NCBI RefSeq assembly: GCF_041956535.1
Contig: NW_027192194.1
Coordinates: forward strand, 403,444-467,443
DNA from: Calcarisporiella thermophila CBS 279.70
Taxonomy: Eukaryota; Fungi; Calcarisporiellomycota
Length of the DNA: 64,000 bases
Direction: 5' to 3'
Shown here: piece by piece, positions 24,701 to 37,027 of the stretch
Layout: each line of letters starts with the position of its first letter
Position numbering within the stretch: the first letter of the stretch is position 1
Translations under genes and position numbers: made by a program
Notes under the pieces: model-generated
Database searches by the model: none
What the model was told of the DNA's origin: nothing
Seen by the model: the letters and a program-made list of their open reading frames with translations, nothing else

Positions 24701-27700
24701 GTGACAAAGTAAGTCTTTTAATAGCGGCCAAGTTTATTTAGTTTCTAACTAATTTCAATAATGACATTCTCTAGTCCAAATACTTCCGTGAAGCGGCCCT
24801 CTCTCTGGCCACCAGCCTCGTTTTTATTTCCCCTGAATCCATTATTCCGATGATTGTCGACCAATGCTGCAAAGATCTAGAAACGAAACAGTTGGATGGC
24901 ATTACAGAGCAGGAGCTCACGATCTGGAAGGGTGAGGAGGGAGTACTGGTTGTAGATGGTAAGTAAAGCAGCAATAAATATATCAATATGATACACTAAT
25001 TTTGCTGTGTCTTTAGTGCTGAAGCGCGGAAATAAATATGTAGAAGACCCTAATCGACGTGGCTACGCCACTGAAAAATGGGAGCGCGAGCTTCGCGAGA
25101 ATATTGCAAAGAAGAAACAGCAGTCTACAACAGTTAAACTCTCAAAGGAGGAGCAGGCTATAGTCGATGCTCAGCTGGCCAAAGAATCAAGTATCCGACA
25201 CCAAGTGCAAACCGTGCATGATAAGTTCCTTCGTGGTTTGGACTTAATTCGCTCCATGACTAAAGGCAGTGACCAGATAATTGGATCTCTCCCTCTTCTT
25301 GTAAAAACGCTGCTCAAGCTTGCAAAGGCGGGAGCAGGGTTATTGGTGGGAGGCGCTGTGCTCGATGCTTACTTGAATTTGGGAGAGCGCACAGATAGCA
25401 GTATCGAAACGATTCGTATCCCAATCGGGGTAGCTACTTTCCGTGCGGTGCTTGCTGAGGGCATTCCAGCGAGATGGCTCGAGGAGCCTCTTGACCGTAA
25501 GCATTTTACATTTCTACTTTCTTATGAAGCTTCTAATATATCCATTACTATAGAGCTGATATCGCGATCACTATTTCGACTTCGATTCCTCACTGAGCGC
25601 GAAGCCCTCTCGCCTGCTTCATTCTCCTACTGCTATCCCCTTCTACATCAAGTAATCTTCGGAAGAGGAATGGGCTGCGACACCAAGACCGCAGAGGGAA
25701 AGGAGTCTGCTTTAGAACAGCTTAGTCTTGCACTAGATATTGTTTCATTCCACTGTGTATTGGGTAGGACCATGATATTGAGTTGGCTCTTTCTATTGAA
25801 AATTAATCCTTGTCATCTTTTAGGAGAACAACCATTGATGCCACGAAAGGAAATGATAGAGGCGTTAATTCTGATTATTAATGAATACCCTTCTTTGTCC
25901 AAGGTAGCTAGAACATCCCTTAATACAATTTGTGAGACAATGGCTGTTACCGCAAACGTGGACGATATCAATGCGGTTTTGGGAGGGCTCTTTTCCCAAG
26001 AGTCAAATGTGCGGTCTGCTTGTCTCCATGCGCTCGTGGTAAGTTTGATCACACTTTTCGTTTCCGGAGATCTATCTAAGTCCATTTGAAATTTTAGCAC
26101 CTTGACCTCACTGACATCGACTTCTCACGAGAACTTTGGGTTTCATGCCACGATGAGGAGGAAGCAAACGCAAAACAGGCACTCCGACTATGGGAGGATA
26201 ACGGTATGGATGTTGAACCAGACTATGCCGAGCATCTTCTGCCGCTCTTAGGACATCAAAATGAATTTGTCCGAAAGAGTGCTGCGAAAGCAATCGGAAG
26301 CTCCGCAGAGTATTACCCGGAAACGGTAGCTGGTACACTCTCTTCTCTATACGGCATTTACAGCGAGAAAGCGGTTCCACTCTTCCCAGAATATGACGAA
26401 TTTGGCTTGGTCATCCCTTCATCTCTTAATAAGAAGGATCCGTGGGAGAATCGCACTGGAGTTGCCTTAGCGCTACGAGCACTTGCCCCGTTCATGGCTG
26501 AAGATGATTTAGGGCCCTTCTTTGAGTTCCTCATCAAGGATAAAGCGCTAGGTGATCGCAGTGAAACAGTTCGGAACAAAATGCTTGATGTAAATAGATG
26601 CTTTGGTATTTGAATGCTAGAAAATACTAACTGTATTTTCGCATTAGGCTGGTTTGGCTGTCGTTGATGCCCAAGGTAGTGAGCATGTCCAACAAATCAT
26701 GCCCACTTTCGAGAAATATCTGGATATGCCTGCGATACCCGATGAAGTGCATGACCGGATTCGCGAGTCGGTCGTAATTCTGTTTGGTTGTCTGGCGCGG
26801 CATTTAGATGAAGGAGACCCTAAGATTTTGAACGCGACCGAGAAATTGCTTGAGACACTGAAGACGCCTTCTGAGCCTGTGCAGCAAGCGGTTGCCGATT
26901 GCTTGCCACCTCTCGTCAAGTCAATCAAAGATGAGGTACCTCAGCTTGTTTCGCGATTGCTGGACACATTGCTTAATGCCCCCAAATATGGTGAGCGACG
27001 TGGCGCCGCCTATGGCTTGGCCGGCGTCATAAAGGGTCGTGGTATTTCTGCGCTAAAAGAATTCAACATCATTACCACACTTAAGCAAGCAGTTGAAAAT
27101 AAGAAACAGTTCGAGGCTCGGCAAGGTGCACTCTTCGCCTTCGAGACGTTCTCTGCGATTTTGGGCCGCCTGTTTGAGCCCTACATTATCCAAATCATTC
27201 CTCTGCTTCTGATATGTTTTGGCGATCCTGTTGCAGATATTCGCGAGGCAACTGCGGACACCTCTCGTGTTATCATGAGTAAAATTAGCGGTCACTGTGT
27301 GAAACTCATTTTGCCCTCACTACTGAGTGGGTTGGAAGACAGACAGTGGCGTACAAAGAAGGGCTCGGTGGAGCTGCTTGGTTCGATGGCTTTCTGCGCG
27401 CCAAAGCAGCTCTCAATTTCGCTTCCAACCGTCGTTCCACGGCTCACTGAAGTGCTCACGGACTCGCATGCTCAAGTGCAGGCTGCCGCTAACAGCGCCT
27501 TGCTTAACTTTGGAAACGTGATCAGTAACCCGGAGATCCAAGCGCTCGTCCCTATTCTTCTCTCTGCCCTAAGTAACCCCTCGGGCAAGACAAAGGATGC
27601 ATTGAATGCACTACTTAACACTGCATTCGTGCATTATATCGACGCCCCCTCGCTTGCCCTGGTGATGCCGATATTGGAGCGCGGGTTGCGTGAACGTAGC

Positions 27701-30700
27701 ACGGACATCAAAACCAAGTCGGCGCAAATTGTGGGCAATATGTCCTCGCTTACCGACCAAAAAGACTTGGTTCCCTATCTCTCCCGCCTTGTTCCATTTG
27801 TCAAGGAAGTGCTCGCCGATCCTGTGCCTAATGCGCGTGCGACTGCTGCCAAAGCGCTTGGAACCATGGTTGAGAAGCTGGGCGAGGAAAGCTTCCCAGA
27901 TCTGGTGCAGGAATTGGTGCAAACACTGAAATCCGATACGAGTGGGGTTGATCGGCAGGGCGCTGCCCAGGGTCTTAGCGAGATATTGGCTGGTCTTGGA
28001 ATGGAGCGCTTAGAAGGAATGTTGCCCGAGATTCTGGCCAACACCAACAGTTCCAAGGCCTTTGTTCGTGAAGGCTTCATCTCCCTGCTCATATATCTGC
28101 CAATGACATTTGGCCCACGCTTCCAGCCGTACTTAGGCCGAATTATTCCGCCGATCTTGCTGGGTCTCGCAGATGAGTCAGAGTATGTGCGTGAGGTGTC
28201 CCTAAAGGCTGGCCGTATGATTGTGTTCAGCTATGCGTCGAAAGCGGTTGACCTACTATTGCCAGAGCTTGAGAAAGGCTTGTTTGACGACAACTGGCGA
28301 ATTCGGCAGAGTTCAGTTCAGCTGGTCGGAGACCTTATCTTCCGTATTACTGGCCAGAATAAGACTACCGCCACCCCTCTTGTGCAAACTGGCGATGATG
28401 CGGCTGGAGCAGCTCTCTCTACTGAGGAATCCGCCGAGGCTGACGATGAAGACGCTGGGAATGTGGAATCCATTCGGCGCGTTCTCCTGGAAGTATTGGG
28501 CAAAGAGCGTCGCGATCGTGTGCTCTCTGCTCTGTACATTGTCCGCTCGGACGTGTCGGGTGTGGTCCGACAGGCTTCTCTCCAAGTTTGGAAGGCCATC
28601 GTTTCAAATACACCTCGAACCATCAAGGAGATTTTGCCTGTGATGATGGGAATGATTATCCAGAGCTTGGCAAGCCCAACATACGATCGCCGAGCTATTG
28701 CAGCACGTACGCTTGGAGACCTGGTGCGAAAACTTGGAGAGGGTATTCTTGCGGAAATTATTCCGATTCTTCAACGTGGATTAGAGTCGCCTCAGAGTGA
28801 TACCCGTCAGGGAGTATGCTCCGGGCTCGGCGAGATTTTGGCCACCGCCAGCAAAATCCAAATTACCGATTTCATGGAGGATATCATCCCTGCCGTTCGG
28901 CGCGGACTTGTGGATGAATCGCACGAGGTCCGTGAGGCCGCTGCACGGGCATTCGATGGCCTCCACCAACACATCGGTAACCGTGCAATTGATGAGATTC
29001 TGCCTACTCTTCTCAGCTCACTGCAGAGCGGAGAAAACTCGGAATATGCACTCGAGGCTCTCAAGGAAATTATGGCCGTGCGCGCAAACGTTGTCTTCCC
29101 AGTGCTGATTCCAACCCTTATCCAGGTTCCTATCTCGGCATTCAATGCACGTGCCCTGGGCTCCTTGGTCACGGTGGCCGGCCCCGCACTGAACCGCCGT
29201 CTCAGTGCAATCCTTCTCGCACTGATGGACTCCCTGGGTCATGAAAAGGATCCCGACACCATTGATGCCCTGCGCAGCACTGTTCGCGCCATCCTTCTCT
29301 CGATCGACGACGCAGAGGGTACACATACGCTAATGACGCTGCTGTTTGAAGCCGTGAAGCATGAATCCCATTTGAAGCGCGCCGAGGCCTGCGAAATTGT
29401 CGGGGTGTTCTGTTCAGAGAGTCGGCAAGATATCTCGCCCTATGTAGCTGAATGGCTGCGTATCCTCATTGGTCTTCTTGATGACCGTCAACCAAGTGTG
29501 GTCCAAGCCGCCTGGGGGGCCCTCAATGCAGTCACTAAATCGCTGCGCAAGGAGGATATGGAGCAGATGGTGGTCCCTGTGCGCCGTGCGATCCTCGGGG
29601 TTGGCGTCCCTGGAGTGGATCTTCCTGGCTTTTGTCTGCCGAAGGGCATCAGCCCGATTCTCCCCATCTTCCTGCAAGGTTTGATGTACGGAACCAACGA
29701 TACACGCGAACAAGCCGCCCTTGGCATCGGTGACATCATCCAGCGCACTTCCGCCGAAATCCTCAAACCTTTCGTTACTCAAATCACAGGACCTCTCATC
29801 CGTATCATTGGTGACCGTTATCCGGCTGACGTCAAATCCGCTATCCTCCAGACACTGAGTTTGCTGCTGACCAAAGTGCCCGCCCTACTGAAGCCCTTCT
29901 TGCCTCAGCTCCAACGCACCTTTGTCAAATCCCTCTCCGACACCTCAAGCAGTGCTGTCAGGAAGCGTGCTGCATCTGCGTTGGGGATTCTCATTTCGCT
30001 GCAGACACGAGTTGATCCCCTCGTGACGGAGTTGGTCACGGGTGTCAAGGCGAGCGAGGAGGCCGGCGTCCGGGAATCGATGATCAACGCGTTGGAAAAT
30101 GTGGTAACTAGCGCAGGCAAGAATATGAATGAAGCGTCCAAGAAAGCCGTGGCCGGGGTCATTTCCGAGTATCTACCCGGAGAGGAGTCAGATTTGACGG
30201 TGGGCACAGCGAAATTGTTCGGTGCCCTGTGCAAGGTATGCACGGTTGAGGAGGCTCGACCTTTGGTTCAGGAGTATGTGACAAAGGAGCAAATACCCAC
30301 CTACGTATCCCTTCTCGCTTTGAATGCTGTCCTCGCAAATGTGCCGATGCTGCTTGAGGAACTAGGCACTGTTTCCGATGTGGTGAACATGACTGTTGAG
30401 GGATGCTCAAGCTCTAGGTTTGAAGTGGCCGACATGGCGGTTTTGGCTGCGGGCAAGATGTTGCTAACTGAGCAGATGCGAAAGACCGAACTTGTTGACA
30501 AGTTGGTGAATGTATTAGCGGGAGTGATTCAGGCGCCAAAGAACGGTTCCAACGATACAAAGCGATTGGCAATCTTGGCTGTGAAGGCAATTGCAGTTCG
30601 TGATGCCTCCGTATGTATTACTTTGGGTTCTCCATCGAGCATGTATTAAAAGGCTAAACTCGATTTCTTTTGCTCAATATTTAGGTTCTGCATCCATATC

Positions 30701-31020
30701 TTAGCGTCTTGGTCCCGAATATTCTTCTCTGTGTCCGGGATCGCAACACATCGATCAAACTCCTTGCTGAGCGAGCAATGGTGCATCTCCTACAGTTATT
30801 AGATGGCGAGTATGTGATGCAAGCCTTTATTGCCTCGGCTAGTGCATCGACAGGCAAAGCGCTCAACGAGTATTATACTCGCTATCTCTCGAAGATTGTG
30901 CAGGAACAACAGAGCCTGTACCATCAAAAGGGAGAAGACATGTTGGAGGAGGATGTGGAGGACGAGACTGAGGTGATGGCAGTAGGGAGAGAAGTAGGAT
31001 TTATTTTTGATGACTATTAA
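21720..31020 (+). CDS. GCN1: Translational activator Gcn1 (HEAT-repeat eIF2alpha kinase activator)
   Basis: 'YGERRGAAYGLAGVIKG', 'WRTKKGSVELLGSMAFCAPKQLS..LP', 'FVHYIDAPSLAL', 'DNWRIRQSSVQLVGDL', 'KPFVTQITGPLIR', 'LPQLQRTFVKSL'. About 18 introns plus one 3.96-kb exon. Confidence 0.97.
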
Positions 31021-31397
31021 AGAACAATTTCAAGTTGTGCTTTATTATTTTCTCGTTTACAAGCAGATGCCTTGTTAATTTTTTTTTTTTTTCATTCAAA
31101 CTTATCACCTCTTTTTTCCTTTCCAATGTGGATTGATTTATTCCTTTTTATTAAAGGTTGGTGGCGAGGTTAAAATACATTTTTTAACCGATTATATAAT
31201 TGGTATTGAGAAAAAGCCCCCCCGAAATTAATTTGCTTATTTCACATGTTTCTGAATGTGATTCCCTTGCATTTTATATGGTTCCTTCCTATTCGACCAG
31301 ACCAACTCCTTTCTCGATAGCGCTCTTCCGTTTTTTGCATAATTTAGTTGAACTCTCCATCCTTCATTTGCTTACATCTCTACTTGATCTTGTGAAA

Positions 31398-33760
31398 ATG
31401 GGTAAGATACCACTGGCATCTGTCTACAATATTCGGACAATACTTATTGTTGCCTTCTCTATTGCTTTTTAGTTGAAAATATCACTGCTTCCGCTGTTGC
31501 TGCCGCGATTGCAGCCGGCATGTATACCGATGCCAAGCTCCATTTATCCTCTGACATGCGACAGGTCCGGGCATTCATCGCTTCGAAATATCTGTATGCT
31601 TTTCGTGATATTTTTTAATCGTCTTCACCGCACTAACATACTCTTATTGTAGAGTTTCGAAAGCTAGCTTCAGTGGCACCCTCAATATTAGTAACCGGTT
31701 TCTGGAACGAGCTGCGGCCACGCCCAACAAACCTTATATCTTCTTCGAGGATAAAGCCTACACGTATGCAGATATCGACCGTCTATCAAATCAAGTGGGC
31801 CACATGCTGTTGTCGAAAGGGGTCAAGCGAGGGGGTAAATTGTGAAAAGTGTAGATAAGCCCACCTTCGATCTTTTTGCTTACCTTTCATATCTGGACTC
31901 TTATAGAGAATGTAGCCATCTATATCCAAAACAAGCCCGAGTACATTATTACCTGGCTGGGTATCAGTAAAATTGGTGCTACCCCCGCCTTCATCAACTA
32001 TAATCTTAACGCGACCCCTCTTCTTCACTGCTTGAAGACGTCTTCAGCTCGCATCCTAATCATTGATCCCGAAATTTCCCAGAATATTGCTCAAAATTAC
32101 TCGGCCATCAGTGGTGAGCTTGGAATTGAGGTGCTAAGTTACGGAGAGGAAGAGCTTGGCTTTTGTCAGGCCTTGACCCAAGCGGTGCTGAGTCAATATC
32201 CGATGACAGCGACTCCACAGAATTTGAGGATGGGAACACAAGCGGGAGATAGTGCGTTATTGATCTATACCAGTGGAACGACAGGTTTACCCAAGGTATA
32301 TACCTGCGATCGCGAGTATTTTATCTAATTTTTTTAACTTTTGAATATTGTTGCTTTTCTAGCCCGCTATTGTTCAGACTAGCCGCTCTTTGTGTAAGTA
32401 TTATTCAACGATGATATTCATTTTTTAAAGTAGTATGCGCGCTGTACTTAGAATTTGCTTTTTATTTATGCAGATGCCGGCATGGCCTGGTCTGTGATTT
32501 TCAATATCAATAGTTCGGATAGAATTTACTGCTGCTTGCCCCTGTATCACAGTGTCGCTGGTAAGTTTAGGAAAAAAAAAAGGAAAAATAATTTGAAAGC
32601 TAAACTTTTATTTTATTAATTACAGCTATTCTCTGTGTGATTCAGAGTTGGATTTCGGGTGCGTCCGTTGTTTTGTCCAAAAAGTTTTCCATCACAAGAT
32701 GTTGGGAAGAGGTCGTTAAGTATGATTGCACCATCTTCCAGGTAAGCAATTAGCGCTCATGTTTTGCTAGGAGACCAATTACCATAATGATCGAATTTTT
32801 GTGATAATATAGTATATCGGTGAAGTGTGCCGCTATCTTTTGACCACCCCTCCAAGACCCGAGCTCGAGAAGAATCACCACGTTCGTGTTGCAATCGGCA
32901 ATGGAATGCGCCCTGATGTATGGGAAAAGTTTCGGCAACGCTTTAATGTGCCAGTGATCGGAGAGTTCTTTGCGTCTACCGAGGGCAATATTTCTCTCTT
33001 TAACGTTAATTCGGGCCCAATGGGTGCTGGAGCCGTCGGCCACCGAGGCGCCTTTATGCGAACGGTAGAGCGTGGGCTGAAGATAATTAAAATCGATCCA
33101 ATTACCGAGGAGCCAGTGCGTGATAAGAATGGATTGTGCATCGCTGCCGCCTACAACGAACCCGGCGAACTTATCCAACAAATCCGCGAGGGCGATCCCC
33201 TTTATCAATTCCATGGATATTACAAGAACCCAGAGGCGACCAAGAAGAAGATCCTGACTAACGTGTTCAAAAAGGGCGATAAGTACTTCCGCTTTGGCGA
33301 TCTGCTAAAGTTGGACGAGCACGGGTACTTTTGGTTTGGAGACAGAATGGGCGATACGTTCCGTTGGAAGTCGGAAAATGTCAGCACTACCGAAGTTGCT
33401 AACATAGTGTCGGGCTTCCCAGGAATTGATGAAGTGAATGTGTACGGAGTGTTGGTGCCTGGTCATGACGGCCGATGTGGGATGGCCGCTATTCGAGTCA
33501 ATAAGGAGACCTTCGACTTTAAGGGACTTGGTGCCTTTGTGAAGAAGAGATTGCCTGGCTACGCAGTGCCTTTGTTCCTTCGCATCGTGCCCGAGATGGA
33601 GTTGACGGGTACTTTCAAACAACGAAAGGTTGAGTATCGTAACGAGGGCATTGACTTCAGCAAGGTGAAGGATCCAATGTACTGGCTACGTGGATCGGAG
33701 TATGTTCCATTCACTCCGGAGGATTACAAGCAAATTGTCGAGGCTAAGGTGCGCTTGTAA
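31398..33760 (+). CDS. FAT1: Very-long-chain acyl-CoA synthetase / fatty acid transport protein (FATP/SLC27)
   Basis: AMP-binding motif YTSGTTGLPK, 'LPLYHS', 'QYIGEVCRYLL', 'GNGMRPDVW', FATP motif 'DRMGDTFRWKSENVSTTEV', 'TGTFKQRK'. Confidence 0.93.
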
Positions 33761-34037
33761 ACGTCTGTTTTTAAAATTTTTTATATCTAGGCATATTGTT
33801 GCCCCACTCTTTTTTTCTTTCTCTTAATGCAATCATGCAGTACATAGAAAGTGTTTAGATATGCACCTCTTTTATTGAATATAGAAATAAAATCGTTCAT
33901 GACCTTATTTCCATTGGCGTCATTCACTCGTGACGTTTGTCAGGATTCTAATCCCCGCCATCTTATATATCCCCCCTGGAGTTAATAGGAAATGCTCTAG
34001 TTCTGTTTTTTTCCTCAGATCTATCCCTTCTAACAAT

Positions 34038-34441
34038 ATGCTCCGTAACATTGCCTCCCGCGTTGCTCGCATTCCCCGTCGCTCCTATTCATCCTCTTCA
34101 TCGGGTCACGATGGAGCCATCCGCGAGGGACGCGATGCATTCGCTTCGAAAGAAAAGGCTCTTGAGAACCAATGGGCGCGCAAAGCTGTAAGTTGATCCC
34201 GATGATTTAAAAGAGAATCCGTTTCCCAAGAAGAAATTCCCAAAATAGTTAGTCCCGATGGATCATTGGGATCGCTATTATTTCGTTCCTTATTACTCAA
34301 TGCAAATCTTAACGCGTTGTGAATATTTTTTAGGACGCTGACAAGATTAAGCTTCTCCGTGAACAGCTCGAGAAGACGAAGAAGGAGCTCGAGATACATC
34401 AGGAACGCCTTGCCGAGCTCGAGAAGAACCACAAAAAATGA
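34038..34441 (+). CDS. INH1: Mitochondrial F1Fo-ATPase inhibitor IF1
   Basis: Presequence MLRNIASRVARIPRRSYS followed by 'GAIREGRDAFASKEKALENQWARK'. One intron, then a coiled-coil tail 'KIKLLREQLEKTKKELE'. Confidence 0.88.
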
Positions 34442-34864
34442 AGTTGAAATCACTTGTAAAGTCATGAATTCGATTGTTTGAAAAAATATATATTTTCCTC
34501 ATCGGGACCCGAGTTTATACTCGACAAATTTAGGGCATAAAAAGAGAAGTTCATAATAGTATCTGGGATGAGAAATAGGAGCCCATGATCCCCAAAAATA
34601 AAATCAAACTTTCCACTGCTGTTTTATATGTGAAATAGTAGCGGTGTCCTTAACCAACAACCATAATTTACTCAATACTAAATATGACTGCCGTTTGCTT
34701 GGCATGGATTCTGTACAAAATCGGAGAACATCTTCACTAGTGTGTTGAAAGCTAGCTTGAATTGGCCAGCATACTCCCCCTCCTAGCCCACCTAAGTCAG
34801 AACTAAGCTGAAAATTTTCCGGAAAACACCTTAATTATCACTGAAACTTTTCAATAGTTTTATT

Positions 34865-35788
34865 TCACAGGTATTTCTCCAAAAATTGATAGGTGGGTGC
34901 TATAAGAGTGTTGAATTCGTCTGCATTTATAAATTGATCAAAAATGTGGTCTTTACCATCCGCAACCAAGAATTCGTGAACAACATTAGTTTTTTTTAAT
35001 ACCTCTACAAGGCGCAACGACTGCGTAATCGATACTGCTGTGTCCATATTTCCATGGAGCACGTAGGTTGGAGGAAAGTCTGAAGTGATGTTCTTTTCTG
35101 GCAACCATGGGGCTAATAAATGGGAATTGGATTTCTCGTATGGATCGAACCCCAACACATGCTCTGCCCAAATGCCATTTTGAAGTAAACCGGATACCAA
35201 CAAAGACCTGCGCTCATCGCCGTACATCTTTCCATCTTTTACTATACTGGGTACTCCAGATAAGACTCGTTTAGAATACAGTTCTCTGATCTCGTCTTTC
35301 GATACTTCCCGTGTACCAGGGTAAAAGATTGTATCGGTTATATCTGCACAGCCATAATAATCGATAATGGCCTTCGGTTTCGGAGAGAATCGGTACCCCG
35401 CAATCAAGGCAAGCAACCCTCCTGCAGAGAAACCAGAAACTGCTACTCGGGTCAGATCCAAGGGACCAAATTGTTTTGCGGCTTCTTGGTGCAGCCACTT
35501 CCAGGCGTCTTCGCAATCCAACCAAATATCACCGAGCTTGACCTCAGGGGCGAGCCGGTAGTCGATGGAGATGAGCACCCATCCACGCTTAGGAATCTGT
35601 TCAGCTAACGTGGAGATACACGTCTCACGGTTGCCTTCGATGAATCCCCCACCATGCATGTTGAAGACAACCGGTCGACCGGCCTCCGACACTAATGGAG
35701 ATTTGGGAATGTAGACATCTGCACAAAGTGGTAAGTCGTCAACGGTCTTATAAATGACGGTAGATTTGATGTGGTTACAGTGAGCCAT
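34865..35788 (-). CDS. Alpha/beta hydrolase (HSL/BD-FAE-type lipase/esterase), CDS intronless
   Basis: Oxyanion motif HGGG, 'DYRLAPE', nucleophile GFSAGG, 'HGNMDTAV' (Asp) and 'DHIFD' (His). Confidence 0.9.
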   Translation of the reverse strand: MAHCNHIKSTVIYKTVDDLPLCADVYIPKSPLVSEAGRPVVFNMHGGGFIEGNRETCISTLAEQIPKRGWVLISIDYRLAPEVKLGDIWLDCEDAWKWLHQEAAKQFGPLDLTRVAVSGFSAGGLLALIAGYRFSPKPKAIIDYYGCADITDTIFYPGTREVSKDEIRELYSKRVLSGVPSIVKDGKMYGDERRSLLVSGLLQNGIWAEHVLGFDPYEKSNSHLLAPWLPEKNITSDFPPTYVLHGNMDTAVSITQSLRLVEVLKKTNVVHEFLVADGKDHIFDQFINADEFNTLIAPTYQFLEKYL

Positions 35789-35933
35789 TAGAAATGCTAC
35801 CTGTAATTTAGGTGGGAAAAAGATGCGCAGGCTTTAAGGCGGGAGCAGTTTGTTAAATACTCTATTTAAGTCCCTCGAAATTCGAGTGGCAACTCCGAGT
35901 ACGAGATGTTCATAGCTCTTGATCCCCAGCCTA

Positions 35934-36261
35934 TCGAAGGCGTAATTATCTAATCAAAACTGAAGCATTTAAACTACTATTGCATACGAGACAGGTTTAT
36001 TGTAATGGCTAATTTCAAACAATAGCGAATATATTGTCAACCATAGATGAACCTTGGGTTTATATTTTGGTTAAAAAAATTCCCAGTTATGGATTCTTCG
36101 AAGGTGTAATTATCTAATCAAAACTGAAGCATTTAAACTACCATTGCATACGAGACAGGTTTATTGTAATGGCTAATTTCAAACAATAGCGAATATATTG
36201 TCAACCATAGATGAACCTTGGGTTTATATTTTGGTTAAAAAAATTCCCAGTTATGGATTCT
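35934..36261. repeat. Direct tandem duplication, 2 x 164 bp (two substitutions)
   Basis: 35934-36097 and 36098-36261 both run tcgaagg(c/t)gtaattatctaatc...cccagttatggattct. The second difference is actactatt versus actaccatt. Confidence 0.95.
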
Positions 36262-36660
36262 TCCTGGCATAAATAGGGTTGGGACAGCAATTAACCATTT
36301 GGGAGATTTCAAATTTGAGCAAATTCGATGAATTTAGATATCCAAGAATAAGACTCAAAAAACATCTGCACCTGGTGATATCTCCTCCAAGTATTCAACA
36401 TCTAGTCCAATACATACGACGTATGTGTCGAAGGCAAGAAGCGCCCTGAGAGGTTGCGCCGATTCCTGCGAGATATCCATTTTGATCGAGTTGAAAAATA
36501 CCTAGCCGGAGTTATGTTGTCCTGTGTACAAGAAGCGAGCGAAAAGCACCGAGCCGATTTGAGCGATGGAAGGAAAGGTTTGCAAAATATACTTCCCACA
36601 AGTGTTTTATTGCAGAGAGGAAAACTATTTTCGGAAGAAAATCGCAATGAACTTTCAAAG

Positions 36661-37027
36661 AACGAGAGGATGGCTAACTGGAATGACGAAGCAACCCTTC
36701 CTCTCTCCCTATCCACTCTTTACCTCCTCCCCTCCTCTTCATATTTTTCACCAAATACCCGATCACTATATACATCTAATCTACCCTTTATTCTCTTACT
36801 CCACGTTCATCACCATCTCTATGTTCTTACCCCCTTGCTTTCTTCTCTTCTCTCCCTTTTTGGGCTAACATAAATTGTCAAAATCTAAGTTCTACCTTGC
36901 CACCTAACTATATCCCCACCCCTTTATTCCCCCCCTTTTTTTCATTGTAATCATTAAACTCTTGTAAGCTACGGAAACTAATAAAAGTCTCCGTTGATTG
37001 ATCAAAAAAAAAACGAGAGGATGGCTA
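36661..37027 (+). mobile_element. 5'-truncated non-LTR retroelement copy (~335 bp) with poly(A) tail and 16-bp TSD
   Basis: AACGAGAGGATGGCTA occurs at 36661-36676 and 37012-37027. The insert ends AATAAAA-GTCTCCGTTGATTGATC-A10. Its 5' part is an open frame ending at TAA 36873. Confidence 0.8.

Noticed and set aside
27053-30501. Many antisense and alternative-frame ORFs inside GCN1
   Set aside because: Shadow ORFs of a long GC-rich exon, with no motifs of their own.
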